Source: Candidatus Omnitrophota bacterium | Lineage (GTDB): Bacteria > Omnitrophota > Omnitrophia > Omnitrophales > Aquincolibacteriaceae | Assembly: GCA_903884815.1 (NCBI GenBank) | Contig: CAISGE010000021.1 | Span: 448-64,447 of the forward strand | Direction of reading: 5' to 3' | Length of the DNA: 64,000 bases | In this document: in pieces, positions 29,901 to 41,900 of the stretch | Layout of the letters: the number at the start of each line of letters is the position of its first letter | Position numbering within the stretch: position 1 is the first letter of the stretch | Translations under genes and position numbers: made by a program | The notes under the pieces: model-generated | Seen by the model: the letters and a program-made list of their open reading frames with translations, nothing else | Told to the model about the DNA's origin: nothing | The model's database searches: none

Positions 29901-32900
29901 CATGCTGGAAGCCGTGAGCGTATTCGTCATCTCGATGTTTTTGGCGCTCCCGCGGATCTGGGCAAGATCCAACGACTCGTAGCGGTTCGCCTTTCCGGCG
30001 GCCTTCAGGACCTGCGTCTCAGTCTTATACCCGGCCTCCTTCGACCCCTTGATGCCGAGACCGGCCAATTCATGGGCCAAACCGACATCATTGAGTTTAT
30101 AGCTGATCGTGATCAAACCGACGGTATCCGAAATGATCTGGGTATCCGCCTGCTTTCCGTCAGAACCCATGGGACGGTATTGATCCCCGACCCCTTTCCG
30201 GATCCTCCCCACGATACCCCGCTCAACCATTTCCGCGGTACGCATCGCCTGGTATTTCAAGATGGACTGGAGCTCTGAGGTGAAGATCGAAAGATCCTCA
30301 AGCTTCTCGCTCCTGTCATTCACCGGGATCGACTCGTTCTCGGCATCATAGATCTTGTTATAGCGTTCTTTTAGCGCGTCCGCTGCGCGGCCCCGCTTGA
30401 AGAACTGTCCGACTTGTGTCGAGGACTTCCGTATCTCGTACCGGGACGAATCAAAGAGAATAACCGCCCTCTGGTCGCCGTACTGCTTAAAATACTTTCC
30501 GCTCTCAGTCACAATGATGTGATCGCTCCAGCTCAGATTGGACTGATCCACGACATTATCGAAGCGGTCCATGAGAACGCCGTCCTTTTCCCAAAGCATG
30601 ATACTCTTGTCGCCCTTCATGGCCGGATCCACGAAAAGTTCGTTGTAGGCGCAGTACACATGAAAATAGCGCAGCTCGGTGGCTTTCATCGTATCGCCGC
30701 CGAGGATAAAATAAGTCGGATCCACAATGCGGTGGATCTCGTCCATATTGCGGACTGAACTTTGGAACACCTTGGAGAATTCCTGGTACTTGGCAAGCTC
30801 CGTCGACCGGAAATGCGTCATCAGATGGCCGAGGGTGGTATAACTCACGGCCAGCACCTCGCGGGCCTGATTTCCGTCTTGACTGAGAATGCTGAGCAAT
30901 CGCTGATAAGCTGCTTCGCGGCCAGACTCGGGGCCTTTGGTGATGGCTTCGATCAATTTCTCCCCATTAACCAGCTCAATGCCCAAAGCGTTGGCGAGTT
31001 TTTCAGCCGGAGACTTCTTTTGATTCGGCTCAGCAACAATACGCCCGACCGCCTGCTCACTTTCAGTGATATGGACATTCGCGCCAAAAATGAAATCAAA
31101 GGTCGCCATAAGGAAGGTCTTCCCGCCACCTACGGCTACGTTCACATTCGAGCCCAAAAGTCCTTCCAGAATGGCGCACATTTGCTCGTGCAAAAGTTTG
31201 ATGCCTCTGGCGCTGAAGACGAGCGCCGCGGTACGGAGCATCGTTTCGTGGGCCTTGAAGCCTCCCATGCTTGAGAAGAAATCCTTGAGCGAGGGCTCGG
31301 CCTTTGCGTCGCGAACGGTTTTTTCCATGAATGCGAAAATACGGGCATAGCTCTCAAATCCCCCGCCGCCTTCCGCCGCACATCGCGGCGCAAGATAACT
31401 CTCGAGGAATCGATTGAATTCCGGTTCGGAGAGTCCCACCGTCTTTGCAGATTTCTTTGCACTCCCGAAAGCGGTGTCGAGAATTCCCACTGCCGCCTGC
31501 CGGACCATGGTATCGGGGTCTAACAACTCCGAAATCAGACTGGGTTGCGCCTCATCGACGGGATAGGCCTGGTTTTTTATGTTCTTCAAAAACATGGCGT
31601 GAATAGCCGTCAGTTCGGTAACGAGGGTATCGAGGTTCGGGGCTTTATCAATCGCGTTAAACTTCTCGACGCCGTGGGTGAGTACAAAATAATACGCCGC
31701 GCTGGCAGCTCTCTCCACAGCCGCCGTCTCAATGGGAGAATTTTCAAGACTCGTCTTCCATGACCGCACCGGATCACTTGCAAGCCAGTCATTTACCGTT
31801 TGAACCCGTTGGCGCACAAAAAACTCGACAAGGACTGGATTGCTGACGCGCGGACTGGTGCCGTTCTTAAAAATCAGTTTGCCGTCACTTTCCGTCTGAA
31901 GCACCAATTTCCCATTTTCAACGACAAAAGAAACGTCGCCGCCGTAACGCCTGATCTCCGGAGCCAGGTAAAAACGCATGATCTCGAGGGCGACAGATGT
32001 CGCAAAGCTATTTTTCAAAAGGGCTTCTTTCCCCTCGAATTTTCCTTTGAGATCCAGCAACTGCTCCGCCACTTTTACCAGCGAGTCTACCTGGCTCAGC
32101 CATGGGTTATGAGCCTGGACCTTTTCAGCCTGATGGCGGAGAGCCTCGAACGCGGCGGCCTTTTCAGGATCGGCATCAATTCCCGTGACGCCCAGAGTAT
32201 TCATGAAAACCGCGATCTGGACATGTGAGTTGGTCTCGGCAAGCTTCGTGATCAAAGACTCAAGCAGCGTCCCTTTATACCCCCCGTCAAGCACCGCGTT
32301 TCCGAGCGCTCTCGCAAACGCGCCGTTCTTGTCCAACCCACTGATCACCTGAAAAAGATGATCGGCCGTTTCCACAGAAAGGATCAAAGGCGCCTTCTCC
32401 CCGTCGATCCCGAAAACAACCCTTGCGACCTGTCCTTCGGCATACTGACTCGCCGGGATATTCCGGAAAGCGTCAAAAAGCGCCTTGACCTGCTCCTTCA
32501 CCCCGATCGACGTGCGCATGTCCATGCGCCGCGCGCTTTCGCGCAGAATGGCAAAACGCCCGATAGCGTCCAGCCCTTCAAGACTCCGGCCGGAGCGCAC
32601 CGAAAAGATCCCTCCGTGAGTTTCAATGATAGATCTCAAGATCGACTCAGAGGGACTCAATTTACTGATCAAAAGGTCCAAAACATTATTCCCGTCGATC
32701 GTGACACTGTGGCCATCGAGAGTGGACAAGTCATTCAATATCGTCATGAACCGGTCGCCTTCTCCTGCACGGACAGCATCAACGTAGATAGTTAAAAGAC
32801 CCCGTGATACCGAAGCGTCGGACGAATACCGGGAGATGTTAATCCAGGAATCTAGCAATTTTCTTTTACCCGAACCAACTTCGATCGTGTCAGGATTCCT

Positions 32901-35900
32901 GAGTTCCTCCATAGTAAAGTTGTGAATTCCAAGAATGACCCCCGACCGCGTCACTCTTGCTCCCGCTGCGAGCACAAGCTGGAAGGTGCTCCCATCCGCG
33001 GCCTGGATCGACAAAAAGCCTTGGGTCTCCGTCTGACGGAAGAATTCATTCAGAAAAGCTCCAAACTCGCCGCGCGGCAGGCCGGTAAACAAAGCATCCG
33101 CGATCGCCGTCATTATGTCCGTGCTGGCTTCCAGCCGTCCCTCGAGGCCTCGGAGGGCCTCGGGCAACGTGCCGCCCATTTTTTCCGCGATGGAGACGGC
33201 GGGTTTTGCGGTCTGATTGGGTGCGGAAGGATTGGCCGCATCCTTGACGGGTACTGACTTAACCTCTTCCGGCGCCTTAAAAAGCCGCGCGCCAACCGAC
33301 GTCCGTTCACTGGCCGAAACCTTTGCGAAGGAACTGGCCATAGGACGAGTCCAGTTATCAAGCAACACAGCCTTAAACTCCCCAGTGATCACATCGAACA
33401 GGTGAGTCACTTCCGCGGGAGCAAGCTTACCGCTATAAAAGTTATTGAGCAGTTCGTCTACGGTCAGCCTGCCGCCCGCTTTATCGGAGTTGAAACTTTC
33501 GAGGCTCAGGCGGCCGGTCATAGCAGCATCGCGAACGATAAAATCCAGGCGTCCCCTATTGATACTGGAAAGTCCCGTGGATAATTGAGGCGGGCGGGCA
33601 AGATCGGCGAGGATGCCTTGGGCAACATCCAAACGCCCCTTGTTCAGAGCGCGATAAATCGTAGCTCTCGCCGTTTCTCCGAGGCCATTGACGAACGTTT
33701 GCACCTCAGGGCTCAGTATCCCGAGCCTAATATTACATCCGACCTCGAAATCAGAAAGTCGTCCCGCCGCGTCATAGCTCTGGCGGGCGAGAGGGCTCAG
33801 GCTGTCCAAAAGCCCCTGAAGTCCGTCAGGACTTGCCAAGAAATCCGGGAGGAGATTGGCGCGAACATCTATCATGCTTCCGGAGCCGGTGGACGTGCTC
33901 ATGAATTTCCAAACTGTGAAAGCTTGAAGGTCCTGAAGAACATCCTTATCCGTGATCACGCTTGTCAGAGCGCGTGGAACAACTATTGGAGGCGCACTCA
34001 TCAGGATCTTCTCCGCAACGACATGATCCCGGTTAGCCATAGCTTCGTGAAAGGCCGACCTCGCCCTGTCATTTAAAGCGGTGTAGCGCGCCTGATCACG
34101 ACGCAAAGGCTCACGAATAATATCCCGGAACGGAGACCGCAGATTGCCGGCTGCCTGAGGCACCAGGAGGATCGCGCTTCTTGAAAGAGCGCCCGCGAAC
34201 GTGCCGAGTTCGGTAAAGGCTCTTGTAAAATCCCCTGAAACCGCTACCGCGAGTACGCCGGCTAAAAATCCGGGAAGGCTCGCGAAATCTTTCAGGATGG
34301 ATTCCACATCAGAAATTCCCTGAACGTGCCCCTCCTTCTGCTGGATGACGGGGGCCTTAACCAATGTCGCGAAAGCCTGTGACGATGCCATCACCAAATT
34401 AAAAAGCAGAAGATTATCGGCATAAGCAAAACCTGAGGATGCGAAACCCGCCAGGGTTTGCTTCCAGCCTTGGGCCATATACGTTTCCGTCATTTTCGCG
34501 GCCCATCGGGTGACAGAGCCCGGCAAGAGCGCCCGGATGACCCCGTTCGTTTCTGAAAAACGTCCAAAAAGGCCCTGCGAGAAGGTCGGCGCAAAAAAAT
34601 GAAGCGCCTGCCCCAGCAGGACATCATGAAGCACACGGCTCGGCGCCCAGGCTTTTGCATCAAGGAAGTTGGTGCGAAAAACGTAAATCAAATGTCCCCA
34701 ATAGCTCCGATCCTCATCCTGGATAAAATGCATTCCAAATTGATTCATCACCACTTCAAAAAGATGTTCGACCCCGAGAGCCGCCATGGCCACAGGCAGC
34801 ATATGGAAGGTCACCACGCTCCGGCCGGCATCAATGACTAACAGCTTTAAGATGCTCGTGTTAAGACTCACGCTTTCCTGGGCAAGACGCGCTCCGAACC
34901 GGGAGGCCGCACCCAAACCAGCCACACGATCCACGAGCAGTTGTCCCTGAAGCGACAGCTCCCCGGCCGCTGTAATTCCTTGGACTGTTACCAAACGGGC
35001 CAAAAGCACTCCTTGCAGGGCTTTGAGACCCAGCGATACCATCAAGAGCGTAATGCCCGCATCCCGGATCGGTTTATTCCCCTTCAAGGCGCCATACGCC
35101 GCCATCCCGACACCGGCTCCATAGACGGCGACATTGCCAAGTCCCAGGAACACCTGCCCCCATTTAAAATAAGAGGCGGCGCCGGCCGCCGTTTTGATGG
35201 AAGAAATTCCAGCGATCTCGGAAATCGACGGCGCAAAGAACTGGACAAACCGCGCGCCGATGGCAAACCCCGCGACCAAGATCCCCATGTTTGTCAACCA
35301 AGGATTGTCGCTCCATTTGCCGGCACCAAACATCGCAACGCCGACGGTCGCCGCAATATTCATCATCCCCGCGACAACGCGGGAAGTTTTCGCGAAAAAT
35401 CCAATAGAAGAACTGATCTTGCTGAATTGGTTCACCCCCAAAGCGATGCGCCATAAAGAACCGATGGCGATAGCGGAAGCACCGATAGTGGTCAATAATT
35501 TTCCGTAGCCCACCGCCCAATCCTGATGGGCCGCCAGGCCGAACCCCCAAAGCCCGAGCCCGGTCAGAGTGGTAAGTCTGGCCATTCCCACGAAGAGGTT
35601 CGAAGTGTTGGCAGCCCAACCGGCCGCCATGCTCAGCTGCCGGAGCCGGCTAATACCCGAAACTGTGGAGAACACCGTTTTGGTCGATTTCACAAATCCT
35701 GCAGCACGGCTTGCCTGCGCAATACCTTGTGCGGTCTTCATTCCCTTGCTGATTGCATTGACGGCTTCCGCAGCGATCTTCCTGCCCCAACCTCCGAAAA
35801 GAGCGCCCAGGATAAAACCTGCCATCTCAATCGTGGTCAGGACCTTATAGGTCATATCTGTTTGATCTATAACACCGCAGTACTCCAATCCCCCCTTCAG

Positions 35901-38900
35901 GATCGTCGTGCCAATTCCTACCCACATGGCATACGCCGATACTTTCATGATAATGGCTGCGGTACTGGCACCCACTGCCGAGAGGATAGCTCCTGCAATA
36001 GCCCCCACTGCACAGACCCCCGCATAAAGGGCAATCCCAGCCATGGCAACCGCCGTGGGGGCGTTAGCTGCTGCCCAGAGCAGGGTTTGCGCGCTGTAGA
36101 GCCTGCCGAACTCCCAGAAGCTGATCTTTTCTTCCCGCGAAACTCCGGTGATAGTATTCGTATCGGTCCAGCTTCTCCAACTGTGGAAAGTCCTGACGTT
36201 ACCTAACGAAGCGCCGACCAGCTCAAGCGAGGAATTCACGCCCCAGTGACTGTACAACGTATCACTCGCTATAACTTCGTTGGCGAAGCCCTGGTAGGGA
36301 CGCCCCTCGTAAACGATCAGCCGGTTATCAAACAAGGAACCCGGATTGTCAGTCCCCTTCACGATCCCGATAAAGCCGTACTGATTGTTCATCTGATCGA
36401 CAAACAACCGGTTCGCTATGAGATTGTCCCCCGCCGCCCCGCCGCCCCAGACCGTATCGGCCGGAAGATAGTATGTGAAGGTCACGGTCTGACTGTCTTC
36501 GTGGGTATAAGCTATTCCCTTATCCGTATCATGAACAAGCTTGTCCGCAAAGCTACCGCTCTCACGATATGTGACAACATCCATGACCGTTTCGCCGCGC
36601 AAATTTTTCCGCACAACATACTCTGTACGGTCCTGATGAAATACAGCCTGAGCTGTTCCGTTCTTCGCGTAGGAGCGGGATTTGACCTCGATAAGGCGGC
36701 CATAGTCATCAAATACTGGGAGTTCCTTATAAGTCAGCGTGCACTCGAGCGAAGCTTGGCCCCGCCAAAAGAGATGTCCCAAAGTGATCGTACCATCCAG
36801 GCTTGCAGTGACGCCTTCGGAATCAACCACTTCGCACTGCGCCAGGCCGAGGCCGATCCGTTCTTTGGTAAAATACTTGCCGGTAGTATCTTCCCGCGCC
36901 ATCATGTCCAGGACAATTTTGTAACCGGCCTTTCCGTCTGTCTTGTCAAACTTGAAGTCTTTCCCGAGCTGATAATCTTTGTAATTGGAGTTCACAATGA
37001 TTCCTGCCTTATAATCCGTTATACCGTTGTCCATTTCTTTAAAAGTCATCTCGTCTTTAGAGAAATAGTTCCACTCCTTGGTGGTTTTCTGACCAACGAC
37101 CTTCTGTATCCAGTAAGTGACTCCCTCTTCAAGGTCCAAGGCATTGCAACGAAGGGATTCCACCCCCTTCCCCTTGATCTGCCCAACCATTCCTTTGAAC
37201 TGATCAACCATTCCCTTGAACCGATCCAAAGGAGTGTCTCCAAGACTTAAAAAAGCCTCGTTTCCGGCCAGCGATTTCATTTCAAAAGACGCATCTTTGC
37301 CGAACAGAGTGCCCGTCACAACCAAGTTCTTGTCGGCGGCTTTAAACTCCTGCGTAAATCCCCATTTCCAGTCAACTTTTGACACGAGGGCATTATGTCC
37401 GCTTGCGATCCAGCCCTTATTAATTTCCTCGAGCTTGTCCTCCAAAAGGAATTTGTAAGCGCTTGCTTGTTCAACATTCAGCGTTATCAACCCCTTTCCA
37501 TAACTTATCTTTTCAACGAGGATGGTTCCCTTGGCGTCAGATGTTCCGGCACCGCCGATATTCTGCCCTCCAAAAGTATAAGTTCCTGAAAAGGACATGT
37601 CCTGAAACTCACCCCAGTCTTTCCAATAAACGGTTTCCGCGAACTCCTTGAACGTACCCGCAATATTCGCGCTGACCTTACCCGGCAGAAACTTCTGGAG
37701 AAACTCACGGCCTTCCTCGGATTCGGCGCCCACATGTTGATTGAGATGTATCAATTCGATGGCACTAAGCGGTTGATCCGCAGAAGACGAATATATGATA
37801 GAAAGATCCCCTTGACCGGCTTTCCGGGAAGCATCGAGGGTGAATTCACCATTATAAAAATTAATGTGCCCGAGCCCCCCGCCGGAGGTCTGGACATCAA
37901 TCACGACTTTATTTAAGCCCTGGGCTCTCATAAAAACGTGTTCGATCTCCTTTCCGTTTTCGTCAACCCCTTTCACGCGGAAAGCCGCTATCAGGTCCGC
38001 AAAAGTCTTACTCGACTCCCAGAGTCGCACGCCATTGGCATCCCGGATCTTCCCATTGACGATCTTGAAGGTGACATTGTTGAAATTCCAGTACCCATTC
38101 CCGTTCAACTTCTCCCCCAAGATCGCGCCGAGGGTCGCGACGTAACGGGAGACACCGTTAAATTCACCCCCGACGACCTGGAGGGCAAAGTCGGTGCTAC
38201 GGATCACGCCGAGCGCTACCGCAGCCTCCGTCATGCGGTCCATAAGCTTCGCGGATTCCGCCGGATCCATGAGCGCCAGTATTTTCGAGGAATCCGAAGA
38301 AACCATCATTTTCGCCCGGGCAGGTTGCATCCACGTGGTGTTATTTTCACCGGAATAGGTCAGCCATCCTTGCTCGGAAACATTGACGCGTTCAAAGTTC
38401 CCGCCGTTGGCAAGAAATAAAAACTCGAAGCCATTGGTCATGGCGTCGATCCAAGGGTGCTGTTCATGGTTCATAATGCCAATGAAGCCCGTGAAATTGC
38501 CGTCTTTGATCTCGGCAAAACGGGTGGGATCATGCCGCACCCCGGACTGGATGATCAGTGAGGTGACCGCGTTGGAAACCATGGTCTGCATCGACTGCAT
38601 CTGGATATTCAGCTTTCTGATCGCCTCGGGTGAGGCATCAATCTTCCAATCCTCTTTCGAGGTGTTGATAAACTTGTCTAAAGCCTCGCCAAGCTTCACG
38701 GAAAAGGCGCTCCAGCCCAGAAAATCCCGTCCGCCGGAACTTGCGGATAGCCGCGTCTGGATACCAAGATCCGGAGTAAACCAATGCGTATCTCTAAGTG
38801 CACTTATCTGCTCCGTTGTAAAGACCTTCAGTAGGCTCTCACGGAACTCCGGAGTGTCATCCAGGGTCAGGGCGACGGAGAGCTTCACCGTCTTTCCGTC

Positions 38901-41900
38901 TGAGAGCATATACGCATTCCCAATGGATTTTCCATCGGGACCGGTCAAAGCCTGCGTCGCCCCTTTGAGGCCGACCGCGCCGTTGACGATTTCATAGATA
39001 GTCCCCGAGGCTTCCCGGAGACCTGAGGCGGCAATTTGCTGGCGGATATATTCCATTTGAACCGGGGAGTATTTCTCGGAAGCCGTACGAAGAGTACCGT
39101 CGGCCATGCGGATATTGACGCTATAAGAATTACGGCCAAATATCTCGATCCAGCCGCTGCCGCCGATATAACGAAGCTCCGGCGTCTCTGCTGTCGGAAC
39201 GAGAATATCGGAGGAGTCAATGAGCTTGCTTTGCAGGAAGCTCAGCATCTTCGCCGCCACGGACGGCAGAAGACCGGTTCTCGACCCGCCCCCCGCGGGC
39301 GTCTCCATCAAAGGGGTCCCTAAAAAGAAATTCGCCACGGAATTCATCGCGTTCGTCAGCCATGAAGCGATGGAGCCGCTCTCCTCCTCATGAGCGGAAG
39401 CCCCCTGGCCGCTAACAAGGTTTTTAAGATAGCCCAGCATTTTGGACGCGGCGGAGGGCTTATTGAAAACCCGGATCTCATCCCCTTTTTTCAACCAAGA
39501 GAGGCAATCCTCATTGAAATTCCAGGCGCCGATCGCGCCCGTGCGAATCCCGTTCGCGTCGATCTCATAGGCTCTCCCCGGCAGGGCGCGAACCCCCAGA
39601 AGCTGCAGGCTGTCGTAGAGATGCTGGAGACCACCTTCTATATCCTGGTCTCGCATTTCTCTCCCGTCCGCAAAAGAAACTTTGTACAGGTTGACGACCT
39701 CGATCCGTTTCCCTTCTTGAGTGTGAATGCTCGTCGTACTCTCACCGGCGTTAAAGCTGGAGAACTCTCCACTGTAACTATTGGCAGACATGACCGCCCC
39801 GGTGACGGAATTCCCGATATATTGAATGCCGCCCAAGCCTCCCAGGAAATTCTTATCAAACATGCCGGTCCATCCATTCGCGCTGCCGTTGGCCAGCATG
39901 AGGCAGAGATTCTCAGTCAACCGAAGGTTGAGAGCATTCAGACGGCCCTTATATGTGTCGATCTCGTCTTTTTGCAAAGCGCCTCCACTCAAAGCGCCGA
40001 TCAAATACGGCATATAGCGACGAAAGGTTTTCCCGCCCTGTTTGAAATCGACGATCTCCTGAGCGCCTACGTTCAGCTGCACCAGCTTCCCGTCACGAAG
40101 CCCAAAGAATTTCCCGCTATCTGCGACAAAGTCCACTTTGCCAAGGTCAAAGTTGTAATAACCGATCCCGCCGGAAAACATCCGGCTGTCTTTGTAAAAC
40201 GTAACGAGATTCGCATTCAGACGCAGGCCCAGAGCTTCGATCTCGCTCTTCAGAATATCCGTCGCATCGCCGGCCGGAAGGATATTTCCGGTCATATCCA
40301 TGATGTCATACGGGCCGTTGACCATATACATCGCCCCGTCATCCTGCAGAACAGAAAATGAGCGGTTCGGCGTGGCGGCTATGGCGTTAAAGCTTCCCGT
40401 ATTGATGTTATGGCTGAGGATCGTCAGATTGTCGGTCCCGGAGGAAGATATGCTAAGGAAGTCCTTCCCCTTCAATGAAAGAAAACGCGCCGTACCGGCG
40501 CTGAGCTTCTCCCCGGCTGTCATACGAAGGGTGGAATCCAGACCAAACGTGGTGGTTGCATAGCCTAAGAGAGCCCCGGCAAAGGGATTCGCCCGGAGAA
40601 TGTCTGTCGGGGCCGCAACTTCACCCTCGAGGGTGGCACCACCCAACAGTGAGGCAAAGATTTTGGTCAGCTCCGCTCCGGTCATAACGCTCGTAAGGGC
40701 CTTTCCGGTGATGGCGTCATAGAGGATCCTGTCTGCGGTACTTCCGTAAAAGGAAATCGCTCCGTCCTTCCTGGATTGCAGCACCCCCGCGATCCCCAAA
40801 CGGTTCAGCCCGCTGTCATAGATGAGCAGGACATTGCCGTTAGAATCTTTCCCCGCCCCTAAAGCATAGGAATCCGTAAGTCCAATAATAGCCCGCGTCA
40901 GTTGGCGGCCGCCGTCAGCCATCACATCGTTCGCGATACCGCTCGCTGCGGGCATGGTCCCAAAAACCCAATGTCCCGCTTTGTCGGAGAGCCACTGGTC
41001 GGTGTTCTTGATCGCGACGCCGTCCATTTCCGTGAAGCCGTGCATTATTAGGTTGCTCCCGAATGCGCCAAACGCCGCGTAGCCCTCTTTGGCCGCCGCA
41101 AGGGCCTGCGTAAAAGTCATATTCGTTATCAGCCGGCCGTTCGCGTCCCGGTATTGAGCAGGCGCGTTATCGCCGGGCATGCTCATCGTCCTGGACGCCT
41201 TGTCTTCCACCGCGTCCTGGGAGATCATGATCCCGAATTTCGCGATGTAGGTTTCCGTGCGGGTCCGGTCGCCCGCCCTCCCTCCCGATACAATCTTGAA
41301 GAAATCAAAAGTGTCCTTGCCACGCGCGGAGCCGATAACGCGCGCGACGATCTTATCGCCTTCAATTCCGCCCTGGATAAGGCCGGTTGCGTCGAAAATA
41401 GCCTGGTTCAGCCGTCCGGACAGAGGGCCCATATTTAACCCGTCGAGCATCGCGTACGCGCTCACGCCCTGACGCTGGAGCGCTCCGGACGCGTTGAGCA
41501 CCGTCAGATAAATCTTTCCTCCGGCGGAATATTCTTCCTTGATGAGAAGAACAGATCCGCCGCGATTGCCGGCATAGACCTTGTTGTCGAGCCAATAGAC
41601 GACATTCCCCGTTTTTTTGTCCGGCTCAAAGGCCTGGGCGTAAACCGAGCCGTCCTTGTTGATAAGCGCAAAGTTGATCATGCTCTTCGCAATGCCGTCC
41701 AGAGCCCACTTGGAGAGTCCGTTCGTCCCGGTAGCCGAAATGATCGTGTTCGAATAGACGCCGCGGCTGACACCGTCATGGGCGAGGATATTCACCGCCT
41801 TCCCGTCAATAAGCGTCGGGGTCCGGTAATCGGCATTATTAATATGGCTCACGACAACCCCGTAAGCGCCGTAGCCGCCGCCATTCGCCGTGGGTATCGA

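Noticed and set aside
29250-31200. Calling the ATPase module a SecA homolog
   Set aside because: Motifs I and II superficially resemble SecA (GxGKTxxAT, DEVDSIL-like), but motif VI matches the DEAD-box/SF2 form and no SecA-specific PPXD/HSD/zinc-finger features were recognised. Kept as a generic SF2 ATPase-like module.
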